From Spirochaetia bacterium (GTDB lineage: Bacteria; Spirochaetota; Spirochaetia; SZUA-6; Bin103), in NCBI GenBank assembly GCA_965199955.1, contig CBDATQ010000002.1, positions 1,472,001-1,536,000 of the forward strand: a stretch of DNA of 64,000 bases, read 5' to 3'. Position 1 is the first letter of the stretch, and every line of letters begins with the position of its first letter. This document shows, one piece after another, positions 29,306 to 38,601 of this stretch. The translations under genes were made by a program, and so were the position numbers. The notes under the pieces were generated by a model. The model saw only the letters and a list, made by a program, of their open reading frames with translations. It did no database searches and was not told the origin of the DNA.

Positions 29306-32300
29306 TTGACGGGCACGGCCGCGCGGCGCGTTCTGGCGCTCATGCTGCTGGCGGCGTGCCTGCCCGCCGGCGCCGAATCGTACCGTGAATACCTCCGTCG
29401 GCACGGGGAGTGGCCGGAGGTGCGGCTCGACCGGCCGATCGTCGTGCGGGGTGTGGACTTCTCGGCCGCCGACGGCGAGCCGCGCACCGGGCAGATCGGC
29501 GGGGTGGCGGCGCTGCTCACCGCCGAGCGGGGATCGGTGAGCTGGACCGTTACCGTGCCGCGGTCCGCGCTCTATCGGATCCAGGTCACCTACCACGCGC
29601 TGCCCGGCAGGCGCATGCCCGCCGTGCGGGAGATCGCGATCGGCGGCCAGGTGCCGTTCGAGGAGGCGCGACGCTTGAGCTTCCCGCGCACCTGGGACGA
29701 CAGCGGCGGGGTGCGGGCCGACGTCCGCGGAAACCAGATCCGGCCCCGGATCGAGGAGCGGCCGCGCTGGACGACGGCCTATCTCCGCGACCGCGACGCC
29801 CACCACGCCGAACCGTTCGCCTTCTTCCTGCGGCGCGGGGTCAACACGATCACTCTTTCCGGGATCGCCGAGCCGATGGCGATCGCGGCGCTCTCGGCGA
29901 CGCAGCTCGATCGAGCGCCGTCCTACGCCGAGTACCGGGCCGCGGCCCCTGCCGCCCGGGAGGTGTCCGGCTTCCTGCTCAAGGTCCAGGGCGAGGATGC
30001 GGGGCCGCGCTCGTCGAAGACTCTCTTCGCCGTGCACGACAAGGGCGATGCATCGATCGAGCCCTATCACCCGCACCAGGTGCGGATGAACTCGATCGGC
30101 GGCTACCGCTGGGCGAAGCCCGGGGACTGGATCGAGTGGACCTTCGCGGTTCCCGCGAACGGACGCTACAAGATCGCGGTCAAGGCCAAGCAGGACATCA
30201 ACCGCGGCGCCCGCTCCTGGCGGCGGATCTCCATCGACGGGCGCGTCCCGTTCCGGGAGGTCGACGCCGTGGCGTTTCCCTATTCCTCGACCTACCGGGT
30301 GATGCCCCTGGGCGGTGACGAGCCCTACCTGTTCCACCTGGAGGCCGGCGAGCACACGATCCGCATGGAGGCGGTGCTGGGCGGGTTCGCTCAGGCGGTG
30401 GCCGAGGTGGATGGGATCGTGGCGGATCTGCTCGCCTTCTACCGGGACGTGATCATGATCACGTCGTCCAATCCCGACCCGTTCCGGAGCTACCAGCTCC
30501 AGCAGCGGATCCCGCGCGAGATCGGCGAGCTGTCCGCGCTCCGTGAGCGGCTGGTGTCCGCGGCCGGACGGGTCGAGGGCATGGCCGGCTCAGGCGGCGT
30601 GTCATCGAGCGTGCAGGAGCTGGCCGTCCTGCTCGACCGGATGGCGCAGCGCCCGGAGGTCATCCCGTTCGTCCTGGGCGAGCTGCAGAACGCCATCACG
30701 GCGCTCAGCGTGTGGGCGGCCCGCAACCGTGAGCAGCCGCTGCAGGTCGACTACCTGGTGGTCGCCTCGCCTGACCGGGAGTTCCCTGATACGCGCTTCA
30801 GCGTGCTCGTGCGGTGGTTCAGGAAGCTGCAGGCGTTCGTGGCGTCGTTCTCGCCGAACTACCACCAGGCATTCTCGCTTGCAGGCGGCGAGTCCACGAC
30901 GGGAGCCGGCGTGGCCCCGGTCACCGTGTGGATGGGCACGGGCCGCGACCAGAGCCAGATCCTCCGGCAGATCATCGACGATCTCTTCACGCCCGCGACC
31001 GGCATCCCGGTCGAGCTGGAGCTGGTGCGGAGCATCCAGTCCATCCTCATCCCGGCCAACCTGGCAGGCACGGCCCCGGACGCCGTGATCGGCCACGCCA
31101 ACATGGAGCTGGCCTTCCGCGGCATGTTCGCGGACTTGTCCGCGATGGAAGGCTACGCGCAGGTGGCGGACCGCTTCGCTCCCGGCGCGCTCGCGCCGTT
31201 CAGCCATCGCGGCGGCGTCTACGCCCTCCCGGAGACGATGAGCTTCCCGGTGCTGTTCTACCGCACGGACATCCTGGACTCGCTGGGGATCGGGATCCCC
31301 GCGACCTGGGACGAGGTGCGGGCGCTGCTGCCGACGCTGCGGGCCCACCACCTGGACTTCGGGCTCGGCATGGACCCGGGCTCGCTGCTGACGATGGTGA
31401 ACCAGCGCGGGGTGCCGGTGATGAAGGAGGACAGCGTCGAGACCAACCTCGACTCGGAGACCGTGATCGTCACGGTCGAAGAGTTCACGGACCTGTTCAT
31501 CCGGTACGACGTGCCGTATGCCTACAACTTCTTCAACCGGTTCCGGTTCGGCGAGATGCCGCTGGCCATCCAGCCGTTCAGCTTCTACAACACGCTCGTC
31601 GTCTTCGCGCCGGAGCTCGGCGGTCGGTGGGGGATGGCGATGGTTCCCGGCACGCGCACGGCTGACGGGACCGTCAACCGGACCGTGACCGTCCTGCCGA
31701 GCATCATTCCGGAGCCGGTCGCCGGGCCGGGAGCGGTGCAGAACACCTGGGACGTGTCGACGCTCACGGCGGTCGGCGTCACCGGATCGTCCATCGTGCG
31801 CGGCTCGGCGAACCCGGGCGGCGCCTGGGAGTTCCTGAAGTGGTGGTCGGGTCGCGAGGCGCAGGTGCTGTACGGCACCGAGCTGGAGTCGCTGCTGGGG
31901 GAGGCGGCGCGCTACGCGCCGGCCAACCTGCAGGCCCTGGCGGAGATCCCGTGGAGCCCGGCCGAGCGGCGCGTGCTGTTCGAGCAGGCCGACTGGGTCG
32001 AGGGGCTGCCGCCGATCGTCGGCAGCTACTACGTGTTCCGCAACCTGAACTGGATGATCCGCGCCATCGTCGTGGACGGGGAAGGCGTGCGGGACTCGGT
32101 GCGGCGCTACGACGACGCGATCAACCGGGAGCTGGCGCGCAAGCGCGCCGAGTTCGGGCTGGAGACCGAGCGTGCCGCGCTCCCGGCCGAACACCGGCAC
32201 CGGTACTGGGAGGGGTTCGTCCGTATCGACCGCCTCGAGGACGCCGACGTGCCGTCCGTGGACGACTTCGTCCCCGCGGAGATCGTGCGCGAGCTGGCGG

Positions 32301-32311
32301 CGGCGGATTGA
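29306..32311 (+). CDS. Large (~1000 aa) solute-binding protein with N-terminal CBM-like beta-sandwich modules
   Basis: Signal peptide; GNQIRP, WIEWTF.VP..G.Y.I. C-terminal SBP: GRDQ.QI, YALPET.SF..LFYRTDIL, FRFGEMPLAI, AWEFLKWW. Confidence 0.88.
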   Translation: MTGTAARRVLALMLLAACLPAGAESYREYLRRHGEWPEVRLDRPIVVRGVDFSAADGEPRTGQIGGVAALLTAERGSVSWTVTVPRSALYRIQVTYHALPGRRMPAVREIAIGGQVPFEEARRLSFPRTWDDSGGVRADVRGNQIRPRIEERPRWTTAYLRDRDAHHAEPFAFFLRRGVNTITLSGIAEPMAIAALSATQLDRAPSYAEYRAAAPAAREVSGFLLKVQGEDAGPRSSKTLFAVHDKGDASIEPYHPHQVRMNSIGGYRWAKPGDWIEWTFAVPANGRYKIAVKAKQDINRGARSWRRISIDGRVPFREVDAVAFPYSSTYRVMPLGGDEPYLFHLEAGEHTIRMEAVLGGFAQAVAEVDGIVADLLAFYRDVIMITSSNPDPFRSYQLQQRIPREIGELSALRERLVSAAGRVEGMAGSGGVSSSVQELAVLLDRMAQRPEVIPFVLGELQNAITALSVWAARNREQPLQVDYLVVASPDREFPDTRFSVLVRWFRKLQAFVASFSPNYHQAFSLAGGESTTGAGVAPVTVWMGTGRDQSQILRQIIDDLFTPATGIPVELELVRSIQSILIPANLAGTAPDAVIGHANMELAFRGMFADLSAMEGYAQVADRFAPGALAPFSHRGGVYALPETMSFPVLFYRTDILDSLGIGIPATWDEVRALLPTLRAHHLDFGLGMDPGSLLTMVNQRGVPVMKEDSVETNLDSETVIVTVEEFTDLFIRYDVPYAYNFFNRFRFGEMPLAIQPFSFYNTLVVFAPELGGRWGMAMVPGTRTADGTVNRTVTVLPSIIPEPVAGPGAVQNTWDVSTLTAVGVTGSSIVRGSANPGGAWEFLKWWSGREAQVLYGTELESLLGEAARYAPANLQALAEIPWSPAERRVLFEQADWVEGLPPIVGSYYVFRNLNWMIRAIVVDGEGVRDSVRRYDDAINRELARKRAEFGLETERAALPAEHRHRYWEGFVRIDRLEDADVPSVDDFVPAEIVRELAAAD

Positions 32312-32316
32312 AAGCG

Positions 32317-33249
32317 ATGTCGGCCGTGCACGTTCCGGGCATGACCCTGAGCGAGCGGCTGAGGGTCACGGGCGCGAAGCTCTGGCAGGCACGCGTGTCC
32401 TACGCAATGCTGGCCCCGTTCGTCATCGCCTTCACCGTGTTCGTGGTAGTGCCGGTCCTGTTCTCCTTCGTGCTGAGCTTCACGCAGTTCAACATGGTGC
32501 AGCGCCCGGACTGGGTCGGGTTCGAGAACTACCTGCGGATGTTCCTGGACGACAGGATCTTCCTGATCGCCCTGCAGAACACCCTGGTCTACGCGGCGAT
32601 CACCGGCCCGGTCGGATACCTGCTCTCCTTTCTGTTCGCCTGGCTCATCAACGAGATGCGCCACCGGCTCAGGATCGTGCTGACGCTGCTGTTCTACGCC
32701 CCGGCGATCGCCGGCAACGCCTTCATGATCTGGGTGCTGCTCTTCAGCCCGGACGCGCACGGCTACATCAACGGCACGCTGATCGCCCTGGGCATGATCT
32801 CCAAACCGATCCAGTGGCTGATCGACCCCGATTACATGATGCCGATCGTGATCGGGGTCGTGCTGTGGATGAGCCTGGGGACCAGCTTCCTGGTCTTCAT
32901 CGCCGGGCTCAAGGGCATCGACGAGTTCCTCTACGAGGCGGCGGCCATCGACGGCATCGACAACCGCTGGCAGGAGTTGTGGTACATCACCCTGCCGGCC
33001 ATGCGCGGCTACCTGCTGTTCGGGGCGATCGTCGCCATCACGGAATCGATGACCAACACGACGATCATCTCGGCTCTGACCGGCGACGAGCCGACCGACT
33101 GGGCCACCTGGACGATCGTTCAGCACTCGAACGACCACGCCCTGGTGCGGTTCGAGCTGGGCTACTCCTCGGCGATCATCTTCCTGCTGTTCCTGGCCAT
33201 GGTGGCGGCGCAGAAGATCGTGCAGCGCTTGTTGGCCAAGGTGGGGTGA
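32317..33249 (+). CDS. Carbohydrate ABC permease (MalF-like)
   Basis: ATG 32317; LWMSLGTSFL.FIAGL, LYEAAAIDG. Confidence 0.92.
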   Translation: MSAVHVPGMTLSERLRVTGAKLWQARVSYAMLAPFVIAFTVFVVVPVLFSFVLSFTQFNMVQRPDWVGFENYLRMFLDDRIFLIALQNTLVYAAITGPVGYLLSFLFAWLINEMRHRLRIVLTLLFYAPAIAGNAFMIWVLLFSPDAHGYINGTLIALGMISKPIQWLIDPDYMMPIVIGVVLWMSLGTSFLVFIAGLKGIDEFLYEAAAIDGIDNRWQELWYITLPAMRGYLLFGAIVAITESMTNTTIISALTGDEPTDWATWTIVQHSNDHALVRFELGYSSAIIFLLFLAMVAAQKIVQRLLAKVG

Positions 33250-33253
33250 GAAC

Positions 33254-34132
33254 ATGAGGCGCAACGTCGCGACCATCCTGCGGAACCGCAATCTGTCGCG
33301 CTCGCTGGCGGGCGACATCGTCATCCTGCTGTTCCTCTGCGGCGGCGGCATCTTCATGGCGCTGCCGCTGGTCTACGCCGCCGGCAACGCCTTCAAGCCG
33401 CTGGACGAGCTGTTCCTGTTTCCGCCCCGCTTCGTCCCGCGCCGGGCGACGTTCCAGAACTTCACCGACCTGTTCCTGCTGATGGAGCAGTCCTGGATTC
33501 CGCTGTCCCGCTACTTCTTCAACTCCGTGTTCATCGTCTCCTTCGCATTGGCGGGCAATCTGGCGATCTGCTCGATCGCCGCCTACGTGCTCTCCAAGCA
33601 CGATTTTCCCGGCAGGAAGCTCATCAACGAGGTCATCATCCTCAGTCTCATGTTCTCGGGAGCGGTGACCGTCATCCCGAACTACCTGACGCTGTCGTGG
33701 CTGGGGTTCATCGACAGCTACTGGGCGATCGTCGTGCCCGCGTGGGCGCAGACCCTCGGCCTCTACCTGATGAAGAAGTTCATCGACTCCATGGTGCACG
33801 ACTCGCTGATCCAGGCGGCCCGCATCGACGGGGCGGGCGAGCTGACGATCTTCGCGCGCGTGGTCATGCCGATCGTCACGCCGGCCTGGCTGACCCTGAT
33901 TATCATCAACTTCCAGGTGATGTGGCGGAACACCGGCGATATCTTCATCTACTCCGAGCAGTTGAAGCCGCTTCCGTACGCCCTGTCGCAGGTCGCCGGC
34001 GGCGGCATCGCCCGTGTGGGCGCCGCGTCCGTGGTCACCCTCTTCATCATGGTGGTGCCGATCGGCGTGTTCATCTTCAACCAGAGTAGGATCGTGGAGA
34101 CCATGGGCACCTCCGGCATGACGGGGGAGTAG
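33254..34132 (+). CDS. Carbohydrate ABC permease (MalG-like)
   Basis: FKPLDELF.FPP, LIQAARIDGA, IVETMGTSG. Confidence 0.92.
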   Translation: MRRNVATILRNRNLSRSLAGDIVILLFLCGGGIFMALPLVYAAGNAFKPLDELFLFPPRFVPRRATFQNFTDLFLLMEQSWIPLSRYFFNSVFIVSFALAGNLAICSIAAYVLSKHDFPGRKLINEVIILSLMFSGAVTVIPNYLTLSWLGFIDSYWAIVVPAWAQTLGLYLMKKFIDSMVHDSLIQAARIDGAGELTIFARVVMPIVTPAWLTLIIINFQVMWRNTGDIFIYSEQLKPLPYALSQVAGGGIARVGAASVVTLFIMVVPIGVFIFNQSRIVETMGTSGMTGE

Positions 34133-34143
34133 CCCGGTGCTTG

Positions 34144-34173
34144 TTGACTCCGGATGCGAGGACAGCTTACGTT
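34144..34173 (+). promoter_or_regulatory. Putative sigma70 promoter of the TA operon
   Basis: TTGACT-N18-TACGTT, 14 nt upstream of ATG 34188. Confidence 0.45.
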
Positions 34174-34187
34174 CCGGGAACGACCGC

Positions 34188-34442
34188 ATGAACCTGACAC
34201 GCCGGGAGATTCACCACTTGGTCGATGCCTTGCCGGAGCGCGAGCTCACGGCCGCCAAGAGGTACTTGCAGTTTCTCCAGGGAGTGGAGAACGATTCCTT
34301 GAGCGCTGCGCTGATGACGGCATCCTGGGACGATGAGCCGGAGTCTCCTGAAGAAGCCGAGGCGATTCAGGAGGCTTACCAGGACGTGGAACGGGGCGCG
34401 GTCGTAGACGACGGCCAGCTCGACTCGCTTTTGCAGCAATAA
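34188..34442 (+). CDS. Putative type II antitoxin
   Basis: Small acidic protein (RREIHHLVDALPE...DDEPESPEE.EAIQEA..DV.RG) directly upstream of a RelE-like gene. Confidence 0.75.
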   Translation: MNLTRREIHHLVDALPERELTAAKRYLQFLQGVENDSLSAALMTASWDDEPESPEEAEAIQEAYQDVERGAVVDDGQLDSLLQQ

Positions 34443-34460
34443 CTCTCCCAGGGACAGTCT

Positions 34461-34718
34461 TTGTCCGTTCAATGGACGCGCCGCGCGGTGTCGGATCTGT
34501 GCGGACTGGACGCGGGGGTCTGCGAGAGAGTCCGTAACGCCGTCGCCAGATATGCGGCACATCAGCAAGGAGATGTGCGCAGGCTACGCGGCTACGATCG
34601 TGAATGGCGACTGCGAGTCGGATCGTGGCGCATCAGATTTACGCTCGATGATTCGGCGTCCCCTCCTGTCATCCTGGTGCTGCGGGTACTGCACCGGAGG
34701 GAAGCGTACAGAGGCTGA
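34461..34718 (+). CDS. RelE/ParE-family toxin
   Basis: VQWTRRA..DL, DVRRLRG, WRLRVGSWRIRF, VLRVLHRREAYR. Confidence 0.88.
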   Translation: MSVQWTRRAVSDLCGLDAGVCERVRNAVARYAAHQQGDVRRLRGYDREWRLRVGSWRIRFTLDDSASPPVILVLRVLHRREAYRG

Positions 34719-34864
34719 ACCACCGGAACAGGAGCATGCGAATCGCGGAGCGTTTCCAGCGCGCTGAATGCTGCCTCGGCCCCACGCGGCAAAACCGCTC
34801 AGGAAGCACGCATCACCATCCGTCCGTCTTGACATCGAGCCAAGCCTGAGTCGATGATCCGACC

Positions 34865-35833
34865 ATGGACAAGCCGTCCAGTGCGACGGCCCCCGGCGCG
34901 ATCGACGCGGCCGTCAGACAGACGCTGCGCAGGCAGACCCGATCCCGCATCGTCCGCATGAAAGAGCTGTACCTGCTCTTTCTGATCCCCCTAGCCCTGC
35001 TGGCGGTCTTCAAGTACGTCCCCATGGTCGGGGTGATGATCGCTTTCAAGGACTACAGCGCCCGCGCCGGCATCGTGGGCAGCCCCTGGAACGACTTCGA
35101 GCACTTCAAGTGGTTCTTTTCGATTCCGCAGTTCGCGGAGCTGATCCTCAACACGTTCCGGATCAGCCTGCTCAAGTTCGCCTTCGGGTTTCCGGCGCCG
35201 ATCGCCTTCGCGCTGATCCTCAACGAGCTGACCAACCGCCGCTACAAGCGCGTCGTGCAGAGCATCTCCTACCTGCCGCACTTCCTGTCCTGGGTGGTGC
35301 TGGGGGCGATCTTCAAGGTGCTGTTCTCGGTGGAGCGGGGCCCGATCAACGCCATCCTGCAGGCCCTTGGCGCCGAGCCCGTCTATTTCCTGGCCGAGCC
35401 CGACTGGTTCCTGTTCTCGGTGGTCATCACCCACATCTGGAAGAGCATCGGCTGGGGCAGCATCATCTTCCTGGCGTCGATCACCTCCATCGATCCCGGC
35501 CTGTACGACGCCGCCGACGTGGACGGCGCGAACCGCCTGCAGAAGATCCTGCACGTGACCCTGCCGTCGATGGTCCCCGTGATCGTCATCATGCTCATCC
35601 TCAGCGTGCAGAACCTGAACCAAGCGGGCTTCGACCAGATCTTCAACCTCTACAACCCGCTGGTGTTCAGCGTCGCCGACATCTTCGAGACCTACGTGTA
35701 CCGCGTCGGGCTGGTCGACCGGCAGTACGACTTCGGCGCCGCGGTGAACCTGTTCCAGAACCTGGTGGCGGTCATGTTCGTGCTGATCGCCAATACCCTG
35801 GCGCGGCGCTACAGCGAGTACGCCCTATGGTAG
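34865..35833 (+). CDS. Polysaccharide/carbohydrate ABC permease (LplB-like)
   Basis: SYLPHFLSWVV, GWGSIIFLA, LYDAADVDGA, GFDQIFNL. Confidence 0.92.
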   Translation: MDKPSSATAPGAIDAAVRQTLRRQTRSRIVRMKELYLLFLIPLALLAVFKYVPMVGVMIAFKDYSARAGIVGSPWNDFEHFKWFFSIPQFAELILNTFRISLLKFAFGFPAPIAFALILNELTNRRYKRVVQSISYLPHFLSWVVLGAIFKVLFSVERGPINAILQALGAEPVYFLAEPDWFLFSVVITHIWKSIGWGSIIFLASITSIDPGLYDAADVDGANRLQKILHVTLPSMVPVIVIMLILSVQNLNQAGFDQIFNLYNPLVFSVADIFETYVYRVGLVDRQYDFGAAVNLFQNLVAVMFVLIANTLARRYSEYALW

Positions 35834-35861
35834 CAGGAGCTGTGGTAGGAAGGCGGATGCG

Positions 35862-36752
35862 GTGACCATCCGCAGAGGGATCGGCAGCCATACCTTCGAC
35901 GGGCTCAACGTGCTGTTCATGGCCGCGTTCTGCATCACGGTGCTGTACCCGTTCTGGAACCTGATCCTGGTGTCGCTGGAGGGCGTCGAGGAGGCCAAGG
36001 CGCTGCGCTTCAAGCTGACCAACCAACACTGGAATGCGTCGGCGTACGAGTACCTGCTGTTCGACTCGCTGGTGCTGCGATCCTACCGCAACACGATTCT
36101 GCGCACGGTGGTGGGGACCGCCATGAGCGTGTTCGTCTGCTCGCTGGCAGCCTACACCGTGTCCAAGCGGGATCTCCCCGGCCGCGGCCTGCTGATGGCG
36201 GTCCTGATCATCACCCTGTTCTTCTCGGGCGGATTCATCCCCACGTTTCTGCTCATCAGGGGCCTGGGGCTGTACAACACGTTCTGGGTGCTGGTGCTGC
36301 CGGGCCTGGTGAACGCGTTCAACGTCATCATCATCCGCAACTTCTTCATGGCGATCGACCCGGGGGTCGAGGAGTCGGCGCTGATGGACGGCGCCACCTA
36401 CCGGCGCATCCTGGTGTCGATCGTCATGCCGCTGAGCATGCCGGTGCTGGCGACGGTCACGCTGTGGACGGCCGTGAGCATCTGGAACGAGTGGTTCGAG
36501 GCGCTGATCTTCACGTCCGGAAACGACTGGATCGTGCTGCAGGAGTTCATCCGCCGCATGATGGAGGAGGTCTTCAACAAGCGGGAGCTCGCGGTCATCG
36601 ACCGGTTCAACGACGAGTTCGGCCGGCAGATCCAGCGCGACAACGTGCAGTCGGCGGTGATCATCATCACCATCGGACCGATCGTCCTGCTCTATCCGTT
36701 CCTGCAGCGCTACTTCGTGCGCGGCATCATGGTCGGCTCCCTGAAGGCATAA
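35862..36752 (+). CDS. Carbohydrate ABC permease (LplC-like)
   Basis: FSGGFIPT, EESALMDGA, WNEWF, YPFLQRYFVRGIMVGSLKA. Confidence 0.92.
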   Translation: MTIRRGIGSHTFDGLNVLFMAAFCITVLYPFWNLILVSLEGVEEAKALRFKLTNQHWNASAYEYLLFDSLVLRSYRNTILRTVVGTAMSVFVCSLAAYTVSKRDLPGRGLLMAVLIITLFFSGGFIPTFLLIRGLGLYNTFWVLVLPGLVNAFNVIIIRNFFMAIDPGVEESALMDGATYRRILVSIVMPLSMPVLATVTLWTAVSIWNEWFEALIFTSGNDWIVLQEFIRRMMEEVFNKRELAVIDRFNDEFGRQIQRDNVQSAVIIITIGPIVLLYPFLQRYFVRGIMVGSLKA

Positions 36753-36763
36753 ACCGGGCGCGC

Positions 36764-36796
36764 AAAGAAAAGGCAGGGCCCTTGCGAGCCCTGCCT
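36764..36796 (-). terminator. Rho-independent terminator of the minus-strand SBP gene
   Basis: Stem AGGCAGGGC/GCCCTGCCT with AAAGAAAA on its left (U-tract on the minus strand). Confidence 0.7.
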
Positions 36797-36834
36797 GATG
36801 TGTGTCCCGGAGCTGGTGCTCCGAGCAGCGAAGC

Positions 36835-38523
36835 TCAGTACTCGAGCCTGCCTTCGAGGTAGGCGTCGACCAACGGCGCCTTGGCGAACTCCGCCAGGTA
36901 CCGGCTCATGCCGTTCCGCTCGAGCTCGGCCAGGTAGTCGTCCCAGTCTTCATCGAGGTCGAGATCTCCCAGGATGAAATTGGCTGTGTACTCCAGGGCC
37001 GTGGTGGTGAGGCCCGAGTCGTAGCGATTGCGCATCCTGATGATGTTGGTCTCGTTCAGGAAGTCGTAGCGGTACTGGTGGACATAGTGGTCCATGTAGC
37101 CGTCTTTCGCGAGCAGATCATTCTCCACCTGCTCGTACGGCTGCCCCAGTTTGCGGATGTCGTGCAGCCACGGGAGCCAGTATCCGCCGATCAGGTTGCC
37201 GGCGTGCTTGTGGCGCTCGTCCTCCGGGAACTCGTGCTGGGTGACCGGAGACTTCCAGGGTTCGCCTGACCAGTCATAGTTCACGCCTTCCACGCCGTAC
37301 CAGTTGCGCATGAACCCCTCGCGAGTGGAGTGCAGCCAGTCGAAGATGCGCATGGCGCGGTCGAATTTCTCATCGGAGAGGTCGCTCGCCGCCAAGGCGG
37401 CACGCCCTCGGGTGCCGATTTTGAATCCGGTGGGGATCGCCGGCGTCATCGCCGACCCACCGGTTGAGGTCCCGTACATTCCGGTCATGTGGTTCAACTC
37501 GGTCGGCACCACCAGCACCTTGGCATCGGGGTTCGCATACAGCATCGCGAATGGCACCTCGGTGTCCGCAGCCTCGTAGATGTAGGAGTAGTGGTACTGC
37601 ATGTAGCCGAGGTGGCCGGAGTTCCACAGATCCCGCGCGGCGCCCGCGTCCTGGGCCGCGATCACCGTCTCCTTGCTCAGGACGCCCTCCTGATAGAGCT
37701 GGTTGAACCACCTGAGCGCGTCCCGGTAGGCGTCGGTCGCGTAAGCGAACTTCAATTCGCCGTCTTCCAGCACGTTGATGTCCACGCCGCGGCCCTCGGT
37801 GCCGTACAGCGAGCCGGCCTGGCCGAAGCCGGTGAAGGTGGCGGGGAAGTAGCTGCCGACGCCGTAGGTCCGTTCGGCGCCCGAGACGTTCTCGTCCACG
37901 AACCGCTTGAGGATCTGGCGCATCTGGTCGGTGTCGAAGCCCTCGGTGCTCCAGAACACCCGCGGTGCGATCTCCGTAAGTTCGCCGGGGGCTTCGATGC
38001 CGAGCTTCTCCAGCCAGTCAAGGCGGTAGTAGGAGACCATCATCGTCGACGGGGTGCGAAAGAGCTGCGGGATTCCCATCAGCGCGTCCTCGCCCGGCAC
38101 GCGCAGGAAGGACCACGCCCCGGTGTCATCCATGAGCGCGGCGGTGTTGGGCATCTTCTCGCGGATGTCCTCGAACGACCACGTGCGGATGAAGTCGTCC
38201 TGATACAGCTCGTCCATGTTCGCCTGCAGCACCGCGGAGAACTCCGGGAGGCGGCCGGTCGCGAGCTGCGCGGCCACCGCTTCGTCGTTGCTCCAGTCCC
38301 GCAGATCGGGCCAGATGAAGGTCGTGTTGAACCGCTCCGACATCTCGTTGAGATAGATGTTCTCGGAAGCCTTCGACTCGTCGTGGAAGCGCATGGTCCA
38401 GCCGAGCCATTCGATCTCCAGGTGCTTGGCGAAGTGGTCCTGGCCGAACGCCGCGCCGGTCGCCATGACCATGATGAGCCCCATCACGACTCCGGTGAGC
38501 AGCGATCTCCGTAACCGTCTCAT
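36835..38523 (-). CDS. Extracellular solute-binding protein (LplA-like)
   Basis: ATG 38523 with GAGGAGG SD; signal peptide; YYRLDWLEKLG, YGVEGVNY, WDDYLAELE..G. Confidence 0.88.
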   Translation of the reverse strand: MRRLRRSLLTGVVMGLIMVMATGAAFGQDHFAKHLEIEWLGWTMRFHDESKASENIYLNEMSERFNTTFIWPDLRDWSNDEAVAAQLATGRLPEFSAVLQANMDELYQDDFIRTWSFEDIREKMPNTAALMDDTGAWSFLRVPGEDALMGIPQLFRTPSTMMVSYYRLDWLEKLGIEAPGELTEIAPRVFWSTEGFDTDQMRQILKRFVDENVSGAERTYGVGSYFPATFTGFGQAGSLYGTEGRGVDINVLEDGELKFAYATDAYRDALRWFNQLYQEGVLSKETVIAAQDAGAARDLWNSGHLGYMQYHYSYIYEAADTEVPFAMLYANPDAKVLVVPTELNHMTGMYGTSTGGSAMTPAIPTGFKIGTRGRAALAASDLSDEKFDRAMRIFDWLHSTREGFMRNWYGVEGVNYDWSGEPWKSPVTQHEFPEDERHKHAGNLIGGYWLPWLHDIRKLGQPYEQVENDLLAKDGYMDHYVHQYRYDFLNETNIIRMRNRYDSGLTTTALEYTANFILGDLDLDEDWDDYLAELERNGMSRYLAEFAKAPLVDAYLEGRLEY

Positions 38524-38601
38524 GTAAACCCTCCTCTGTGGGAAATGGATTCCCGGCAGTCTACGGGCCACTGACGGCCGGGGCAACCACGGGAAGCGGC
38601 A

